Shown here: positions 1 through 11,175 of the stretch, one piece after another
How the letters are laid out: the number at the start of each line of letters is the position of its first letter
Position numbering within the stretch: the stretch's first letter is position 1
Assembly (NCBI RefSeq): GCF_006345805.1
Contig: NC_043009.1
Span: 45,260,001-45,324,000, forward strand
DNA from: Octopus sinensis
Lineage: Eukaryota
Length of the DNA stretch: 64,000 nucleotides
Direction of reading: 5' to 3'
Program-made: the position numbers and the translations under genes
Notes under the pieces: model-generated
What the model was told of the DNA's origin: nothing
Databases searched by the model: none
What the model saw: only the letters and a program-made list of their open reading frames with translations

Positions 1-1361
1 TCTAATCCTGGTAAGAGAAAACATGTCCTGTGCAGTCACGGCTGGAAAATCGACTTGGAGGTGGGTTTCGATTTGTTTTCGAATTACAGATTAGATTTTA
101 TAACGATTTAAGGCAGATTTAAATTTCATATTCCTGAAAGAGAAAATTTTGAGCTTACATTACTGAAGAAAATCAATTGACTATAATCCATATATTATTA
201 TATGTGTATATTTTGCTACTGTTGCACTATCTACCACAGAGGTAATATGTTTTTAAAACACTAAACAAAGGAAGTAGTACTGAAATATAGACTGCAAACT
301 GAGCTATTTTCTCTTGGTAAAGAGTCAAAAGAAATAACATTTTATAAATTGAAAATGTTAGCATTTATCAGAAAATTTTACCGTCAAAAGTAGGGTATTT
401 ATTCGATGCAACACAATAGCTTTAATTCTATTCTCTAGCATTCCTCTCTTTTCAAAATAAAGCCTCTGCTGCTGCCCATACAACAGAATTATTTCAAAAA
501 TAATATTGAACTAGTGTCTTGTGAGTTTAATAAATTGCTAAAGATAAAATGAAACGGCTAATGCTGTTGATATGCATGGCTTTTTGCCAATGCAGATGGG
601 TCCCATTGTGAGAACGGTTAAAGTTAATAAATTTCTGTTCGTTCTCAGTCCTAGAAAGTGTAATTAAATTTCGGTGATGGCTTCGGTGCTAAAGACAAAC
701 AAACCATTTGGGATTGATATTTCAATTTAGATAAATAAATACGTCAGCATCTACTAAGTTATTTACCGATAATTTTCTTTAATTATTTTTTATTTTCTCT
801 AATGGAAGAATTTCATTATCTAAAATCGATCAAATATTTTGATACAACATTCAGTAACCATGCCAAGCATTATTAATACAATAATCTAATTAACACCGCA
901 TTATCGTTTTCAAAATGTCTGTTTTTTTTATTTCTTTATTTGTGTTGCACAAAATGGTCAATAATAGCCCAGCTTTTACATATCCTGCACTGATTGATAT
1001 CATTGTTGGTCTTATTTTTGTGTTAAAATGTAGACATATTTATTTAGTAATTTAGTATTTTCTTTATTAGAGAAAATCTTCAACTTCGCTTATGTTGGTT
1101 TTGAAATTTCGAATACAAATATGCTACTTGCTTACGAAAATGTTTCTTAAAAATAATTACATATTTCGAAGTGCAATATACATTTGATTATGTAGTAGGT
1201 GTTTGTGTCTGTATGCATATGTGTGTGTGAGTATCTGTGTATGTATTATGATTTTCGGAAGACAAACACTTAATAAAATCTCTTTACTATTAGTAATATA
1301 ACTTGATTACGCAGAGTAATTAGTAACTGTCTCGCTGTTTTACAGCATATTTCTCCTGCAG

Positions 1362-1424
1362 CCACCAGCTTACAATCGTTTAAAAGAAGATGATGACGAT
1401 ATCGCAGGTCTCGGCGGAGCCTGA
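1362..1424 (+). CDS. Possible terminal coding exon of an unidentified upstream gene (PPAYNRLKEDDDDIAGLGGA*)
   Basis: Pyrimidine-rich acceptor ATTTCTCCTGCAG ending at 1361, then 20 codons with a PPxY motif and an acidic run ending in TGA. Locally GC-richer than the flanks. No homology recognised. Confidence 0.25.
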   Translation, partial: PPAYNRLKEDDDDIAGLGGA

Positions 1425-1845
1425 AGGGTGCCATGGGCAGGCTCCTTTCAACCTGACAACATTTAAGCTTAGTCGTCACTCGCAAACGACTATAATTTGG
1501 TAACGTATACCATACATTTGCTAATATTTTAGATGCATACGTACTAACGAACAAAAATGGATTCCCATCTGAACTCCCATCTTTGGCCCAGCTGAATGAC
1601 ATAGCAGCTGGAGGGGACAATAGCATAGCTGTACCAGCCTGGTGCTCATTTTCAGTTGAGAAAACTGTCGAAGCATAATCTATTTTGCTTACGGACGTAA
1701 CGTAGTCTGGTCGTAAAAGCGAACCCACAACCTTATGATTATAAGCGCAACACTCAAAACACCCGGCTATTCACCTGCACGTTAACTGTAAAATATGTCT
1801 AAGATGGAAATTGATCAAGGTTTCATGATGGCTTATATATTGTGA

Positions 1846-2109
1846 AGGCGGGTGGCCTAGTGGTTAGTGCTGCAGTTATGATCGCAAGATCGTGGTTTCA
1901 ATTCCCAGATCGGCAGTGCGTCGTGGTCTTGCATAAAACACTTCATTTCACAATGCTTCAGCCCGCTCATCTGTTAATAGATAACAGGAGGAAAATTTGG
2001 CCTACCCGCTTAACGAGCGGGGTGGTATCATTCGAAAGCTACAATAGTACGAGGAACTGCATTGTGACCAGCGTCGTATATCAACATTCGATAGTCTGGT
2101 CGGTACAGT

Positions 2110-2110
<1 letters not shown>
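1846..2110 (+). mobile_element. tRNA-head SINE (family D head, distinct tail) ending at an (ATCT)n tract
   Basis: A-box-like TGGCCTAGTGG and B-box-like GGTTTCAATTCC, followed by the CTTG-ATAAAACACTTCATTTCAC core shared with 14215-14446 and 24870-24960. Confidence 0.65.

Positions 2111-2111
<1 letters not shown>

Positions 2112-2183
<72 letters not shown>
2112..2183. repeat. (ATCT)n microsatellite
   Basis: Directly visible perfect tetranucleotide tract. Confidence 0.95.
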
Positions 2184-2185
<2 letters not shown>

Positions 2186-2650
2186 CCTTCAAGCATATAA
2201 AAATAATTTTAAGAGCCAGCATAAAGTTTTTGCCTGTTGCTTAACTATGCAATAAAGGACTCGGATTTCTTCCGGTCAACATTATCTAGGTCGATTGTCC
2301 CTATTTGCCTAGAATGCTGCACAATAGTTCTGTGTTTATCAGAAACACTTGACAGGTCTAAAGGTGCAATTAAGAGGTTCTGATTTTCTCCTGAAGCTAT
2401 CTTATAAAGAAAATCATGGCGACTTTAGCACGGTCCCTATGGATACCACACTGTGACTGATGGAATGTCTCTCGATGTTTATTTGGATTGTTATTATTTA
2501 ATTTTTTTATTTTTGCGGGATCTTCATATCAATCGAATATTAATGATTTACTTCTACACTCACGGCAAGGAGATTTGTTGGTGGATATCACGTTGGACTC
2601 ATGCACCTAGAACCGCAATGTATTTTGTGCTACGTTAAGACAATAAAAGA

Positions 2651-2832
2651 CGGCCAGCTGGTAGAAATACTGGCCGAAATGCTGCGCGACGTTTCGTCCG
2701 TCTTTATGTTCTGAGTTCAAACTCCGCCGGAGTCGACTTCGCCTTTCATCCCTTTCGAGGGTCGATAAAATAAATACCAGTTGAGCACTGTAATTGACTA
2801 TCTCCTTGGTCCTGTGACGAAATTTGAAATTT
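2651..2832 (+). mobile_element. SINE family A copy
   Basis: Family core GAGTTCAAACTCCGCCGGAGTCGACTTCGCCTTTCATCC...GTCGATAAAATAAATACCAGTTGAGCACTG, repeated more than 20 times in the window. Confidence 0.85.
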
Positions 2833-3527
2833 ATACGTTAAGGCAATAAGATGGAAGCTAAAGGTGATTTAGAGGTTGCTTCTAATAGATCAAACGACCA
2901 AACAGAAACTCAACTCCATTGATTTGGGTTTGAAATATGTTGTGGACGAACATGAGCATGCAAGGGAATTTTAATGAAATCATCCATTTTTAGAAGATAA
3001 GAGACACTTTAAAGACGCTTAAAGAAATCGTGGTTCATCTAACGTCCTTACGGTATCTACTATCTCGTTTAATTATCTAAATTGAAAATGTTCCTACCGA
3101 ACTAATGAAAAATCTGCTGACATTCCACCTGAAACATAGCTTTAGATTTATACATGTAGTTAATGGGGCACATGTATTAACGAGCCACTTTGTGAACAAT
3201 CTTCAGATAGTGGATAGCCTATATTTCACAAAACTAGAAATGATATGGTTGACTGAGAAATTACTGCTACAAAGCATTAGTAAAATTGGGAAAATGTGTA
3301 AAATATTGCGGGAGTTTAACAGGTATCATGCCCATGTACATAAGTGTATACATGCAAGCATTTTTATTTGTACATAAGTCAAAATATACTGGTCTGCATA
3401 TGCAATAACAGTCCTGCATGCGCACAGTCAAGTAAATACACATACGTATACATAAAGAGACCTCGATATTATGTAAATAGAGGAATTTATCTGTAAATAT
3501 AATATGTGACAATTATTCGGTAGCCAT

Positions 3528-3588
3528 GATAAAACTCCGAGTTTCGGATTTCGGGGCGGAAACCCCCGCCGCCATCTCTTCAGTTATC
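3528..3588 (-). ncRNA. Type I hammerhead ribozyme (complete fold)
   Basis: Minus strand reads GATAA-CTGAAGA-[stem II GAT..CGGGG/CCCCG..ATC-C]-GAAA-CTCGGAG-T-T-TTATC. Stem I GATAA/TTATC is perfect; stem III is ACTC(G)GAGT; cleavage triplet GUU. Confidence 0.7.
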
Positions 3589-3665
3589 CGGTTATCGAAA
3601 AAAATGCCTAGAAAGAAACAAAGACTTCGAAGTGGTCATACTGAAGCTCATTTTTTCGATGGCCG

Positions 3666-3726
3666 GAATACTGAAGAGATGGCGCCGAGGGTTTCTGCCC
3701 CGACATCCGAAACTCGGAGTTTTATC
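3666..3726 (+). ncRNA. Type I hammerhead ribozyme core, weakened stem I
   Basis: CTGAAGA at 3671-3677, stem II GATG/CATC, GAAA at 3709-3712, ACTC(G)GAGT, GUU. Stem I GAATA/TTATC has two mismatches. Confidence 0.55.
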
Positions 3727-4150
3727 ATGGCTACCAAATAATTGGCACATATTATATTTACACACACACACACATATATATATATGTACATAGCGTGCAA
3801 GTTGGTTAAAGAGAGAGAGAGAGAGAAAGAGAGAGATACATTATATATATTCATAGATACATACATTATATATATATGTGTGTGTGTATATATATATATA
3901 AATATATGTATGTATTACGTATGTATGCCTTTAGGTTAAGACAAGCTCGTTCTCAGTTGAGAAATTTCTGAAATATAAAAACACGCATTGCTATATATTA
4001 GGCTATTCAGAGAGTGATTTAGGGCAGTATAGTTAAAACGCTAAACCAAATATCTTTCAGTATTTAGCTACGTCCTTTCACACTTTGAATTGAAATAACA
4101 CCCAAGGTGCAATTACATTTCATTCTTTCGAGATCGTTAGCATAAATACC

Positions 4151-4386
4151 TATTTCTTTACTACCCTCAAGGGGCTAAACACAGAGGGGGCAAACAAGGA
4201 CAAACAAACGGATTAAGTCGATTATATCGACTCCAGTGCGTAACTGGTACTTATTTAATAGACCCCGAAAGTATGAAAGGCAAAGTCGACCTCGGCGGAA
4301 TTTGAACTCAGAACGTAGCGACAGACGAAATACTACTAAGCATTTCGCCCGGCGTGCTAACGTTTCTGCCAGCTCGCCACCTTTTA
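4151..4386 (-). mobile_element. SINE family A copy (GGGGCTAAAC-type tail)
   Basis: Reverse-complement family core TATCGACCCCGAAAG-ATGAAAGGCAAAGTCGACCTCGGCGGAATTTGAACTCAGAACGT. Confidence 0.9.
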
Positions 4387-7344
4387 GCATAAATACCAGT
4401 TATATACTGCGTGGAATTAATCGCTGTTTTAGCGTAATTTTGTTGGAGGTCTTTGTGAATAATTTCAGATAACGCATTAAGAAGCAATAGGAAATTACAA
4501 TTCCGAAAATTTTTTCCAAAATGTTTTAAAGTTTTTGCCTCTCCCACTGCCGATTCCGTGCCCGTTTCGTTCCCCATGATGTAATAGTAGCTTTTATGAA
4601 TGTCCGCCATTTAGTTATATCAACTAATACGTAGTCAGACGAGAGGATTATCTGGTTGTTTTTTTTTTAATGATGAATAACGTGATTTTTGAACTCCTCA
4701 ACATGAGTGCCTCTCATCGTCGGCACTCCAATGGTTCTACACTCCAAAATACTCACATCTTAATATATACACTCCGGATAGTATCTTCCCTTCTCCTCTT
4801 TCTCTTTTAGCCCAAAGCCAGTTCTGGATCATTCCGTATTGCGAGATTCTTTTTCATCTCATACACAGTGATTTGAACAAAAATTTGGCTGCGGCTTCTA
4901 GCCATCAGGGCAACCACTTTGAGGCGCACTAGTATTATGAAGTACTAATTATCGCTCTAAGTAGCGTTAGTAATGAGTAATTAATTTGTGCTTCAGTTGC
5001 TTGCATGCATTAAGTCCAAGCCGGAAGACATCAGCGAGGGAGAGCATTTCAATGTATTCTTTTCCAGAACATTCTGTAGATATTTCATTACAGGTCACCA
5101 GGAGTCATCTATGTTTCATTAGCTGTGTTTTTAGTTTAATACTTTTTATGAGGAAATTATTTTCATTGCTAGGAGACATTTCTGACTGAAGATTAATAAG
5201 TCAGTATGCGAAGATGTTTATAATACCATAGACATTGCATGACCTAACGTGAGATCAATAAATTAAGACGTTTATTCAACAGTTTATAAAGTGGGTGTTC
5301 ACTTCACATCAAACGTCTGGAGCAGCAATTCAATTTGATGTTTTAATACAATTTCGTATAAAAATAGATTCTTATATAACAAACTATAAACTGAAATTAA
5401 ATGAATGATTTTTTTTCTTTGTTTTGATCTGTCTGTTCTATCTCTTTACTTTTCTTTTTATTAAAAAAAGAAACTGAATTTAATTTATTGATACTAAAAC
5501 GATATCATATGCCTTAAAAACAATTCGTTTTTTTTTCATCCTAAAATTGAAACCCCCAATTTAAAATCTTACTTCAGATGTAACAAAGGCCTGCATTAGA
5601 ATATTTTGGGTTCTATTTCTAAGACTGGAACCACGATTTCATGAATCTTTCTAAAGGCGTAGCTTGAAGACGTGCCTTGAAACAATTGATTTTTTTTCTC
5701 CTTTAATTGAAGGGCCAATTACATATATATTACAATGGATGTAATTTGAAAAGTGACAGACACCGCTAGTTTGTATCTCTCAAGCTACTATAAATGTAGA
5801 TATGTCAGTAAATTATGTGTGATACTTCATAACCATTTACATTTTTTTCTAAATTCTCGATACAAGGTCAGGAATTTCAGGAGAAAGGACTGTTCGATTT
5901 CATCAACTGGAACTTATTTTATCGACGCCAAAAGGATGAAAGACAAAGCCGACCTCGGCGGAATTTGAATTCAGAACATAAACACAGACGAAATGCAGCT
6001 AAACATTTTGCTCGGCATAATATATTGATATTGTAACTATGCAACTCAAAGATATATGTATACTTAGAGGAGTGTTGTAGATTTAACCGACAACACATAC
6101 GTGGAAATTGTATTTCCTGAATCTCATAATTCAAAACGTCGAAACAACTGAAATGTTGTGAGTTATTGTCCAATTTTAATTCACTGATTTTTACCAGTCA
6201 CTGACATCAATATATTAATCTTGGTTTTTGGCATATGGACAAGGTTTCAAATATGGGTTAGAAGCATCATTATTTCATGTAATTCGTTGCTTGACGAATA
6301 CTTTATTTTATCGATCTGACTTCGGAACGATGAAAGGCAAACTCGACGCTGGTAGGATTTAAACTAAGAATGTAAAGAGATGTAAATTAACATAACCCTT
6401 TCTACTGTAGAGGTTATAAGACTTTAACAGCATCATGACGTTACAATCGTGTCGGCTGTCTTTTGGTTATAAATGTCTTACGCTTTTTCGTTGGTTGATT
6501 TGACTGTCCATACGTCGATTTTAATCTTCGTGTAAAGTTTCTTTACTTCATAAAATAAGCCACAAGGGCTTTTACACAGAAGCAATTGCGGGCTCAGAAA
6601 GGTTATTAGAATCGGGTCTACGGCAGTTATAAAAAAACCCTAATTTTTGGGAAGTTATTCAGTGACACTCTGTTTGCCACACGGGACCTTGTCACTCATT
6701 CTGCCAATGCTATTTTGCATTGTTCATCCTTCATGACCTTATGTCATGCCTTTTTCAATCTTTTTAGAGTAATTTTGAGGAACTAGTTAAGAAAAATTTT
6801 CCTTTCGTCATTCTAGGGACAGACTCCTTCCTAAATAGTATTTTTCCTCTTTATGCTAAGTTATACAATTTTTCCTATTACTATTATACTGTGATAAATT
6901 CAGTTTATATATTTTGACTTTCTGTAAATAAATGATTGGTGTTAAATCCAGTCCTTCTTCTCTTGATATTTATCTGTGCGAACTTTCATCGTATTATTAC
7001 AAGGAAAACGAACTAGCTAAATATTTATTTGCATACATCTTATGAAGTTATACTGAAGCCTTTGTCAACGAGAGAATACAGCCAACCTAGTATGAAGAAA
7101 CGAAATAACATTCTTAAGATAAAAATCACTTCTGAATTTCGCTTCCACAGATATCTTCACCTTGTTATCAAAAGCACATTTTTTTATCCTATTTGAACTG
7201 TCTTATAACGGTGATGTTAATGAACTGTCGGTATCTTCAACATACATGCTGAACGTCGTTACAATTGTATATTACTTCTAGCGTTCTATCTACATATCGC
7301 AACTAAATAATTGATAACCCGACATCTCACCAACATCCACCGTT

Positions 7345-8422
7345 ATTCTACTATAGGCGCAAGACTCGGAATTTGTTGGGTGGCGGATAGTCGATTACAT
7401 CGACTCCAGTATTTGACTAATAATACTTAATTCATCGACCAAGAAAGGATGAAAGGCAAAGTCGACCTCGGACGAATTTGAACTCAATGTTAAAACGGAC
7501 GAAATGCCGCTAAGCACTTTGGCCGGCGTACTAATGATTCTGTCAGCTCGCCTCCTTTAGAGGGATGTCAATTAATAATGCAATACTTTTCGAGAGATGA
7601 TCTGCCAGTTCTGTAATGGTACCACTCTACTCAATATATTGTTTCCTGTCGTACCAAACCTCATATTTTACAGTAGGGTATAGTTGATTACTTTGACCAC
7701 AGTATTTTAGTTTATCAACTACGAAACTTAAGTTGACTTAGATGGAATTTGAAGCCAGTACGTAACTGGCCATAATTAAATACAACGAAGCATTGTGTCC
7801 GATCCTCTGACGATATTAATAAACGTGTCTCTAAAGGCGGTGGATTGGCAGAATCATAAGAGCATCGGAAAAAATGCTCTGTGATATTTGTCACGGTTCT
7901 ACGTTAAGTTCAAATCCCACCGAGGTCATCTTTGACTGATCCTTTTGAGGTCGAGAAAATAAAGTACCAGTTGGAAACTGGCGTCAATATTTATCAAGCA
8001 CGTCAACCCAGAATTGCAGGCCTTGTGCATAAATCGGAAACCGTTATTAAATGTGACTCTTGAATGCATAATCGCTGCCATTATTAAAGAATATATAAAG
8101 CGGCCGACTGGCAGAATCGTTAGCACGCCGGGTGAAATGCTTTGCGGCTCTTCGTCTGTTTGTATGTTCTCAGTTCAAATTCATCCCTGGTTGACTTAGC
8201 CTTTCATCCTTTAGGGGTCGATAAATTAAGTACCAGTGGAACACAAGGGTCGATGTAATTGACTGGTCCCTTCCTCCAAAATTTCAGGTCTTGTTCCTTT
8301 AGTATAAGGCTAAAAAGGCGGTGAGCTGGCAGAATCGTTAGCACGCCGGGCAAAATATTTAGAGGCATTTCGTCAGTCTTAACGTTCTGATTTCGAATTC
8401 CGCCGAGTTCGATATTGCCTTT
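7345..8422. mobile_element. Cluster of four SINE family A copies (7345-7560 -, 7835-8035 +, 8098-8305 +, 8316-8422 +)
   Basis: Repeated GGCAGAATCGTTAGCACGCCGGG heads and GCCTTTCATCCTT/GTCGATAAA cores in both orientations. Confidence 0.8.
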
Positions 8423-8904
8423 CTGTACCAACGATGGTGTTTAGTCAAACTACATCAGGTTTCTTTACGGTCTATAGTGAAATCCCGCCAGAGTCTGCTG
8501 TATCTTGCATTCTTCTGTAATCCTTATGATAAATAACAATAGCATACAGGAGTCGATTGTTCAATCGATTACACCAGGCTATTAGCAAATAAATTAGATA
8601 ATAAATACATATAAGCGCAGGCATGGTCAGAAGTTTGTTTCTCAACCACAGTGTAGCATATAGAGCAAGTGTCTTCTACTATAGCCCCGGCCGATCAAAG
8701 CATAATGAATGGTTTCGGTATATAGAAACTGAAAAAAAACCCATCGTGTGTGTATGTATCTGTCTGTCTTTGTGTTTGTCCCACACACCTTGGTTGGTTT
8801 GTTTAGGTCCCTGTAACTTAGCGGCTCAACAAAAGTATTTTATAGAATAAAAACCAGACTTAGAAAAATAAGTACTGGAAGCGATGTGTTTAACAAACCT
8901 TTGT

Positions 8905-9062
8905 ACAGTTCTATATTTAAGAGATGAGGAATTATGTACATTATTTACATTATTTACACTATTTAAATTCGACGGATATTTGTCCTCTTCTTGTTTGTTG
9001 TTAACGCAACGTTTCGGCTGATATACTCTCCTGCCTTCCTCAGGTATCTTGGGGAAATTTCT
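8905..9062 (-). mobile_element. HHR-bearing repeat tail (same family as 9830-9975), inverted copy
   Basis: Minus strand reads AAATTTCCCCAAGATAC-CTGAGGA-AGGCAG..CAGCC-GAAACGTT-GCGTTAACAACAAACAAGAAGAGGACAAATATCCGTCGAA. Confidence 0.75.
9003..9048 (-). ncRNA. Minimal (Penelope-type) hammerhead ribozyme motif
   Basis: CUGAGGA, extra A, stem II GGCAG/CAGCC (one A.A mismatch), GAAA, palindromic ACGU stem III, GUU site, imperfect stem I GATAC/GCGTT. Confidence 0.5.
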
Positions 9063-9097
9063 AACCCTAAGATTCCGAGTTCGATTCCAAGCAGTGA

Positions 9098-9154
<57 letters not shown>

Positions 9155-9202
9155 CAACAACAACAACACAACAACAACAACAACAATAATTATTATTATT
9201 AT

Positions 9203-9762
9203 AAATGCCCTGATGCAGTACCAGGCAGTGACCCTCATGGATTCTTATGTTCACTGATTGGAGGTGTTATCATGTACATTGTTTTGTCTCGGTATAAAAG
9301 ATGGGCTAACAGCAAATATTCTACTCAATACCAAATATTTGCTTGTCGGTTGTTTGACCATAACCAGTTGAGCATGTCCCTTAGTGGCTGACGATATGTG
9401 CATCTCTGATCACGAGCAAAAGTAGTGGGGGAGCATCATAGCCATGTGTTGAGAGGAATTCATTGAGGTTTGGATAATTCACCTTGGGAAACATGGGTGT
9501 TTCGTTCAACATCCTTAAACAATCCTTATTCAGGGACCTTTTGAGTGGGATGGGTTACTCGACCTGAAGAAAATTCTAATTGGGCCTCACCTGTAAGTTT
9601 CTGCGCTGTTCATCTTGGTATGAGATCACCATATCAGGCACATATGGTTGTGATGTATGTACCTGGTGTGTCCTAATCAGACAGGTAGTCACGATGGGTA
9701 TACTGGGCTTTGTATATTTTACCCCAGTATCACTTTGACGTCATGCAATGCTCTCTCACTCA

Positions 9763-9763
<1 letters not shown>
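9203..9763 (+). mobile_element. ~560-bp LINE-like 3' end inserted in (AAT)n
   Basis: Homologous to 61542-62044 (- strand). Both copies end at GCTCTCTCACTCA followed by (AAT)n and have different 5' ends. Confidence 0.7.
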
Positions 9764-9811
<48 letters not shown>

Positions 9812-9878
9812 TGATGATGATAATAATAGCATCGAAAAATACCTTAGAAATGAGAATCCAGCTTTGAAATTTTCCCAA

Positions 9879-9924
9879 GACACCTGAAGAAGGCTGGGGA
9901 GTATGTCAGTCGAAACGTTGCGTT
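9879..9924 (+). ncRNA. Minimal (Penelope-type) hammerhead ribozyme motif
   Basis: GACAC-CTGAAGA(9884-9890)-A-GGCTGG..TCAGTC-GAAA(9912-9915)-CG-T-T-GCGTT. Six-bp stem II with two G-U pairs; stem I has one A.C mismatch. Confidence 0.6.
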
Positions 9925-10496
9925 AACTACAAACAGGATGAGGACAAATATCCGTCGAATGTAAATAAGGTAAATAAATCTTTGTAATGTTTCAGCGTGT
10001 CCCAATAACTGAAGCAATTAAATATACAATAATTTTTTTAAAACTAATAAATTATAAATATATTTCCTTGAAATATATTTCCTGATAAAAGTTACTTTAA
10101 TAATAGAAGGATGAAACAAATTAATATATTGGAAGAGAGAAAAAATAAAGGCGTAACGTTTAGAGAATATATTTCTAAATGTCTCATGTGCAAAGGTCTG
10201 TCAACACTTTCAGGATGGTATCTAATCTAGGCACTGCACATTGATAATGAAACAGTTAAGTACATGAAAATGGCATTTCAACCATAATAGTCTCGCAATA
10301 TTTATTTACTCTGTTTATGAATAGCCCATTCTATTAATACCTTTCATAGCCATTATTTAAGAATGATTTCCGATGCTTTATGTATGTTGTGTGGTGCATT
10401 CTTTGGGTCGTACACTTATCATAATGTTCTACAGCTTGAAAAAAGAAAAAAAAAATATCCGATTGATTTAATTTTTCTAAAAGTTACATCAACACT

Positions 10497-10733
10497 ACGT
10501 AAAGTATACTAGCCATCTCAATATGGCTAACCACTAAGGGTGGGTGTTACTGTAGCTTTTAGTCCTAGGAGATCATCGTCTCCAGCTGGCTTTAGGCACA
10601 CTTTCTGTGCCCTTATGGTATTTGCAAAGTGTGCCCAAAGCCAGCTGGAGACGATGATCTTCTGGGGCTAAAAGCTACAGTAACACCCACCCTTAGTGGT
10701 TAGCCATATTGAGATGGCTAGTATACTTTACGT
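10497..10733. mobile_element. 237-bp near-perfect hairpin element (108-bp arms, 21-nt loop), MITE-like
   Basis: 10497-10604 versus 10626-10733 differ at only 4 positions. Core ATCGTCTCCAGCTGGCT is shared with 52348-52508. Confidence 0.85.
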
Positions 10734-11042
10734 TGTCGAGCGGTTACTGTTTACATCTCGTTCAGAGATTTATTAGTACTTACATCAACGCTATTATTTG
10801 AATTCAGCATTGCATGCTAACGAAGCACGTTTTAGTTTTACAGTGCTCCCTCTGCTTACAGGAGGCGAACTGTTCCCATTCAACTATATTTACGTTCAGC
10901 TGAGTTAATGGGGCTGCTGAAAAGTACGCGATCTGGCTACTAACAGTGCTACTAACACTATACAAACCAACAATTGGTAATTCTATATATTATCTATGCT
11001 GCAGAGCTGCTTTTATTGTACCATCTCTTAATTCTTCGAGTT

Positions 11043-11175
11043 AATTCGTAAATTTAAAAACATCCTGCTTGTCATTTTGATTTCCGAATTCAATTATTTT
11101 ATACACTCGTAACATGTGTAGCCTTTCTCTTGCACGTGTGGGGTCTTGAAGGCAAGTCAAGCATCTATCAATACA
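11043..11175 (-). mobile_element. CR1/L2-like LINE C-terminal remnant, copy 1
   Basis: Minus-strand peptide IDRCLTCLQDPTRARERLHMLRVYKIIEFGNQNDKQDVFKF resembles the CR1 RR.RGDL..VYKIL.G motif. Homologous to 13728-13860. Confidence 0.4.

Larger units (their letters stand above)
3492..3762. mobile_element. 271-bp inverted-repeat (MITE-like) element whose two arms each carry a hammerhead ribozyme core
   Basis: Arm 3492-3606 is the reverse complement of 3649-3762 with scattered mismatches, around a 42-nt spacer. The mirrored ORFs MIKLRVSD... in the track reflect this symmetry. Confidence 0.85.
9065..9975 (+). mobile_element. Composite SINE: tRNA-like head fragment, (AAT)n, HHR tail; interrupted by an insertion in the (AAT)n
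   Basis: B-box CCGAGTTCGATTCCA at about 9075-9089, (AAT)n 9102-9200 and 9764-9826, tail ATCGAAAAATACCTTAG..HHR..GAGGACAAATATCCGTC. The same head-(AAT)n-tail order occurs uninterrupted on the - strand at 15760-15965. Confidence 0.65.

Noticed and set aside
588-1060. Possible small exons (DGSHCEN after a CAG acceptor; hydrophobic IIVGLIFVLKCR)
   Set aside because: Weak donors and easily produced by chance in AT-rich DNA; no consistent frame could be built.
1270-1728. 152-aa ORF on the - strand
   Set aside because: No recognisable domain, starts inside a tRNA-like SINE head at about 1710-1755 and has no convincing splice signals.
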